A stretch of DNA of 62,936 nt, the filler included, from Reclinomonas americana ATCC 50394 (Eukaryota), in assembly GCA_048213135.1 (NCBI GenBank). It is 16 parts of 16 records of this genome, joined end to end, with 100 filler letters (N's around TTAATTAATTAA, not from the genome) between each part and the next. Parts side by side here need not be neighbours in the genome. Positions count along the whole stretch, not along the records: positions 47,535 to 49,343 come from AFZH01019165.1; positions 49,444 to 58,472 come from AFZH01019166.1; positions 58,573 to 60,407 come from AFZH01019167.1; positions 60,508 to 61,650 come from AFZH01019169.1; positions 61,751 to 62,936 come from AFZH01019171.1; 11 more parts are not named here. One strand, given 5' to 3'. Position 1 is the stretch's first letter, and each line of letters starts with the position of its first letter. The position numbers and the translations under genes were made by a program. The notes beneath the pieces were generated by a model. It made no database searches. It had not been told where the DNA came from and saw nothing but the letters and a program-made list of their open reading frames with translations. Below are positions 47,812 to 62,936 of this stretch, one piece after another.

Positions 47812-48272
47812 ACGTGCGTGGAATCAAAGAATCGGCAAACAAGAACATGACAGCCACAGACACGCACACTCCCCGCACTTACACACCTGATTCACAGGAG
47901 TCTTGATCATCACACACAGCACACACTTCAAAAAAGCATGACGTCACACACACAATTGTCACTCAACACACAATCCAATGGACTTGGCGCGCGACGTTCT
48001 CCGCCTTTTCTCCGCTCACACCAACACTGGCATTGACGATGACGAAGACGATGTGTTATCACAGCGATCGCGAGCGAGACAACAGTGAAGAAGAAACGGT
48101 TGAGTGTGTCGGATGTGTTATGTGCGGTAATGGCGATGGCGGTGGTCGCTGGAGGTTGGTTGGTTGGTTGGTGGAGAAGAATGGGCGAACGGGAGGATGG
48201 GCGAGGGGAAAAGCGAAGACTGCAATGAGTTGTCCTGCGTGTGCGTGTGCGTGAGAGAGAGAGAGAGAGAGT
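47812..48272 (+). pseudogene. Degenerate upstream copy of the promoter and first exon of the downstream giant gene
   Basis: Near-copy of 48275-48715. The ORF from ATG 47978 (MDLARDVLRLFSAH..) hits TGA at 48086-48088 after a deletion relative to the second copy. Confidence 0.75.
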
Positions 48273-48418
48273 GCATGCGTGGAATCAAAGAATCAACAAG
48301 CACGAGCGCAACAGCCACACACACGCACACTCCCCGCACATACACACCTGTTCACAGGAGTCTCGATGCACACACAATGCATGACGTCACACACACAATT
48401 GTCACTCAACGCCATTCC

Positions 48419-60407
<11,989 letters not shown>

Positions 60408-60507
60408 NNNNNNNNNNNNNNNNNNNNNNNNNNNNNNNNNNNNNNNNNNNNTTAATTAATTAANNNNNNNNNNNNNNNNNNNNNNNNNNNNNNNNNNNNN
60501 NNNNNNN

Positions 60508-60848
60508 TCTCTCGCTGTGCGCTCGCCTGCTTCGCTGTCTCTCTCTCGCTGTGCGCTCGCCTGCTTCGCTGTCTCTCTCTCGCTGTGCGCTCGCCTGCTT
60601 CGCTGTCTCTCTCTCGCTGTGCGCTCGCCTGCTTCGCTGTCTCTCTCGCTGTGCACTCGCCTGCTTCGCTGTCTCTCTCGTTGTGCACTCGCCTGCTTCG
60701 CTGTCTCGTTGTGCACTCGCTGTCTCTCGCCTGCTTCGCTGTCTCTCGCCTGCTTCGCTGTCTCTCGCTGTGCGCTCGCCTGCCTTCGCTGTCTCTCGCT
60801 GTGCGCTCGCCTGCTTCGCTGTCTCTCGCTGTCTCTCGCCTGCTTCGA
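60508..60848. repeat. Approx. 30-34 bp minisatellite CTCGCTGTGCGCTCGCCTGCTTCGCTGTCT
   Basis: Direct reading. It precedes the acceptor at 60891. Confidence 0.85.
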
Positions 60849-60891
60849 GCTGTGCCACTTTGGTTCGCTTGTTTCTCACTTTCGTTCACAG

Positions 60892-60978
60892 ACCATCAAG
60901 GTGTTTATTTGGTCCATCGTGGTGGCCACGGTGATCACCGCTGGCCTCGTCGCCATCCCCGAACTGGGGGTGATCTAA
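60892..60978 (+). CDS. Terminal exon of an unidentified membrane protein (C-terminal transmembrane helix)
   Basis: cacag|TIKVFIWSIVVATVITAGLVAIPELGVI-TAA, with GC3-rich codons. Confidence 0.5.
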   Translation, partial: TIKVFIWSIVVATVITAGLVAIPELGVI

Positions 60979-61524
60979 AAAATCCGCAGGCGGCAAAGAG
61001 CAAGAGCATGCGCAGCAGCGTGTTCGGATGACAGCTGTCTCGTCAAAGTGCCATTTCTCGTGGTGGCGCACCGAGGCACGCTGGAAAGAATACACGTAGC
61101 GCACTTGCTCACCTCGGCCACAATGTACACACAATAATCATCGACGTCGACTTGGCGATTCGCGCTGTCCTCTCCGTGATTGACCATTCATCACACACAC
61201 AAAGCAAAAATGTCAGCGCGTCGGCAACTCTTTGACTTCCTGCAGCCACACGCTGCTCCTCGGGTGTGTGTGTCGCACAAGCAGATAGAGAGAGAGAAAG
61301 TGTGAGAGACAAGTTCCTCCGAACATGGCCGTCACGCACACAGTCAAACGAAGACAGCGCACGTGTGTGCGGAGTTGAGCTGAGCGCGCGTGTGCGTGCA
61401 GGGAAGAGTGATGCGGAGATGAGAAGACAGCGAGAGAGAGAGAATGCGTGTGTGAATGATTGATTATTGCTTCTGTTATCTCTGTGTGCGTGCGTTCTGT
61501 GTGCATGTGTGTGTATGCGTGTAT

Positions 61525-61560
<36 letters not shown>

Positions 61561-61912
61561 TAGAAAGAGAGAGAGAGAGCGCGTTTTGTCTTCATCTTTG
61601 GGTGTTGTTGCCTATATGTGTGCTCAAAAATAGCTTTTTTCTTGTTTTTGNNNNNNNNNNNNNNNNNNNNNNNNNNNNNNNNNNNNNNNNNNNNTTAATT
61701 AATTAANNNNNNNNNNNNNNNNNNNNNNNNNNNNNNNNNNNNNNNNNNNNTTCTCTTTGCTTTCTTCGTTCTCTTTGCTTTCTTCGCTCTCTTTGCTCTC
61801 TTCGCTCTCTTTGCTCTCTTTGCTCTCTTTGCTCTCTTTGCTCTCTTCGCTCTCTTTGCTCTCTTTGCTCTCTTTGCTCTCTTTGCTCTCTCATCAATTT
61901 TTGATCTCGCAG

Positions 61913-62476
61913 ATCGCGCAATTCTTCGTCGATGTGTTGAACCACCTGCCACGCGTCAGCAACGTCCTGCTGGTGGATATTGTGCGCCTCATCGACCAGC
62001 ACTTGGTGTGGGGCGCCGTCGAGGTCTCCACCTACACATCGCTGCTGAAGAGCGTGCTGCGTGCGGTGCACGACATTATGGCGACGCACGAGAGCGGTGT
62101 TGAGCTGCTGGACGAGCTGGTGGCGTTTTGCAATCCCGAAATGCTCAAGTCGTCTGTGACGTCACAGGACATTGGTTGCGTAATCCCGCTCTGGCTCTCT
62201 CACCCTTTCTTGTTCTGACGGTTCCTGTGTAGTGGACTCGCGCTTGTCGCTGGTGTGCCTTAGCAAGACACCGAGCATTGCGCGCAATGCTCAGTCCACT
62301 CTTGGCCGCCTCCTCATTGTGAAGAAGGAGCTGGTGAGTCGCCGTCAGGTACAGACATTTGCTTTTCCCTTGTTTTCTCACTGGGCTGCTGTGTGTAGGA
62401 CATTGGCGAACTGACGGAGGAGGATTTCCGCATCATTTCGCGAGTGTTGCAGTGGCAGAACCGCATCTTGTACGAT
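61913..62476 (+). CDS. Three internal exons of an unidentified alpha-helical protein
   Basis: IAQFFVDVLNHLPRV..SQDI|VDSRLSLVCL..SRRQ|DIGELTEEDFRII..ILYD join in frame with GC3-rich codons. Confidence 0.65.
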
Positions 62477-62519
62477 GTTGCGTGCTGCGCAGAAGCTTCC
62501 TTCTCCTCCTTTGCCTCCC

Positions 62520-62936
62520 TCGTCACCTCGTCACCTCGTCACCTCGTCACCTCGTCACCCTCGTCACCCTCGTCACCCTCGTCACCCTCGTCACCCTCGT
62601 CACCCTCGTCACCCTCGTCACCCTCGTCACCCTCGTCACCCTCGTCACCCTCGTCACCCTCGTCACCCTCGTCACCTCGTCCTCTCGTCACCCTCGTCAC
62701 CCTCGTCACCCTCGTCACCCTCGTCACCCTCGTCACCCTCGCCTCCTTCGTCACCTCGCCTCCTTCGTCACCTCGCCTCCTTCGTCACCTCGTCACCCTC
62801 GTCACCCTCGCCTCCTTCGTCACCTCGTCACCTCGTCACCTCGTCACCCTCGTCACCCTCGTCACCTCGTCACCTCGTCACCTCGTCACCTCGTCACCTC
62901 GTCACCTCGTCACCTCGTCACCTCGTCACCTCGTCA
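62520..62936. repeat. 8/9-bp tandem repeat CGTCACC(C)T running to the window end (intronic)
   Basis: Direct reading. Confidence 0.9.

Overview
This is a gene-dense, extremely intron-rich eukaryotic scaffold, probably from a flagellated protist since it encodes DRC5/TCTE1 and ARL13. It is broken by 15 N-gaps carrying an artificial TTAATTAATTAA spacer. Several genes continue in order and frame across these gaps. The genetic code is standard. By manual splicing I reconstruct a METTL18/Hpm1-like methyltransferase (3' part), DRC5/TCTE1, ARL13, a large coiled-coil protein, glyoxalase I, a PA14-EGF-repeat-FN3 protein ending RDEL, a tomosyn/Lgl-like WD40+R-SNARE protein ending in a CaaX-like motif, a possible SBDS C-terminus with a charged repeat tail, a HERC2-like giant protein, and several hypothetical or partial genes. 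The main finding is that about a fifth of the roughly 115 introns I could delimit start with a near-invariant atypical donor, GTTGCG(T). This equals the local canonical donor GTGCGT shifted by one nucleotide, and it occurs mostly after exons that do not end in G, suggesting a second major 5' splice-site class. Other observations include microexons, tandemly duplicated 63-nt exons, a polar purine-5'/pyrimidine-3' architecture in long introns, and a duplicated promoter/first exon. All exon structures were read by eye without transcripts, so counts are approximate.
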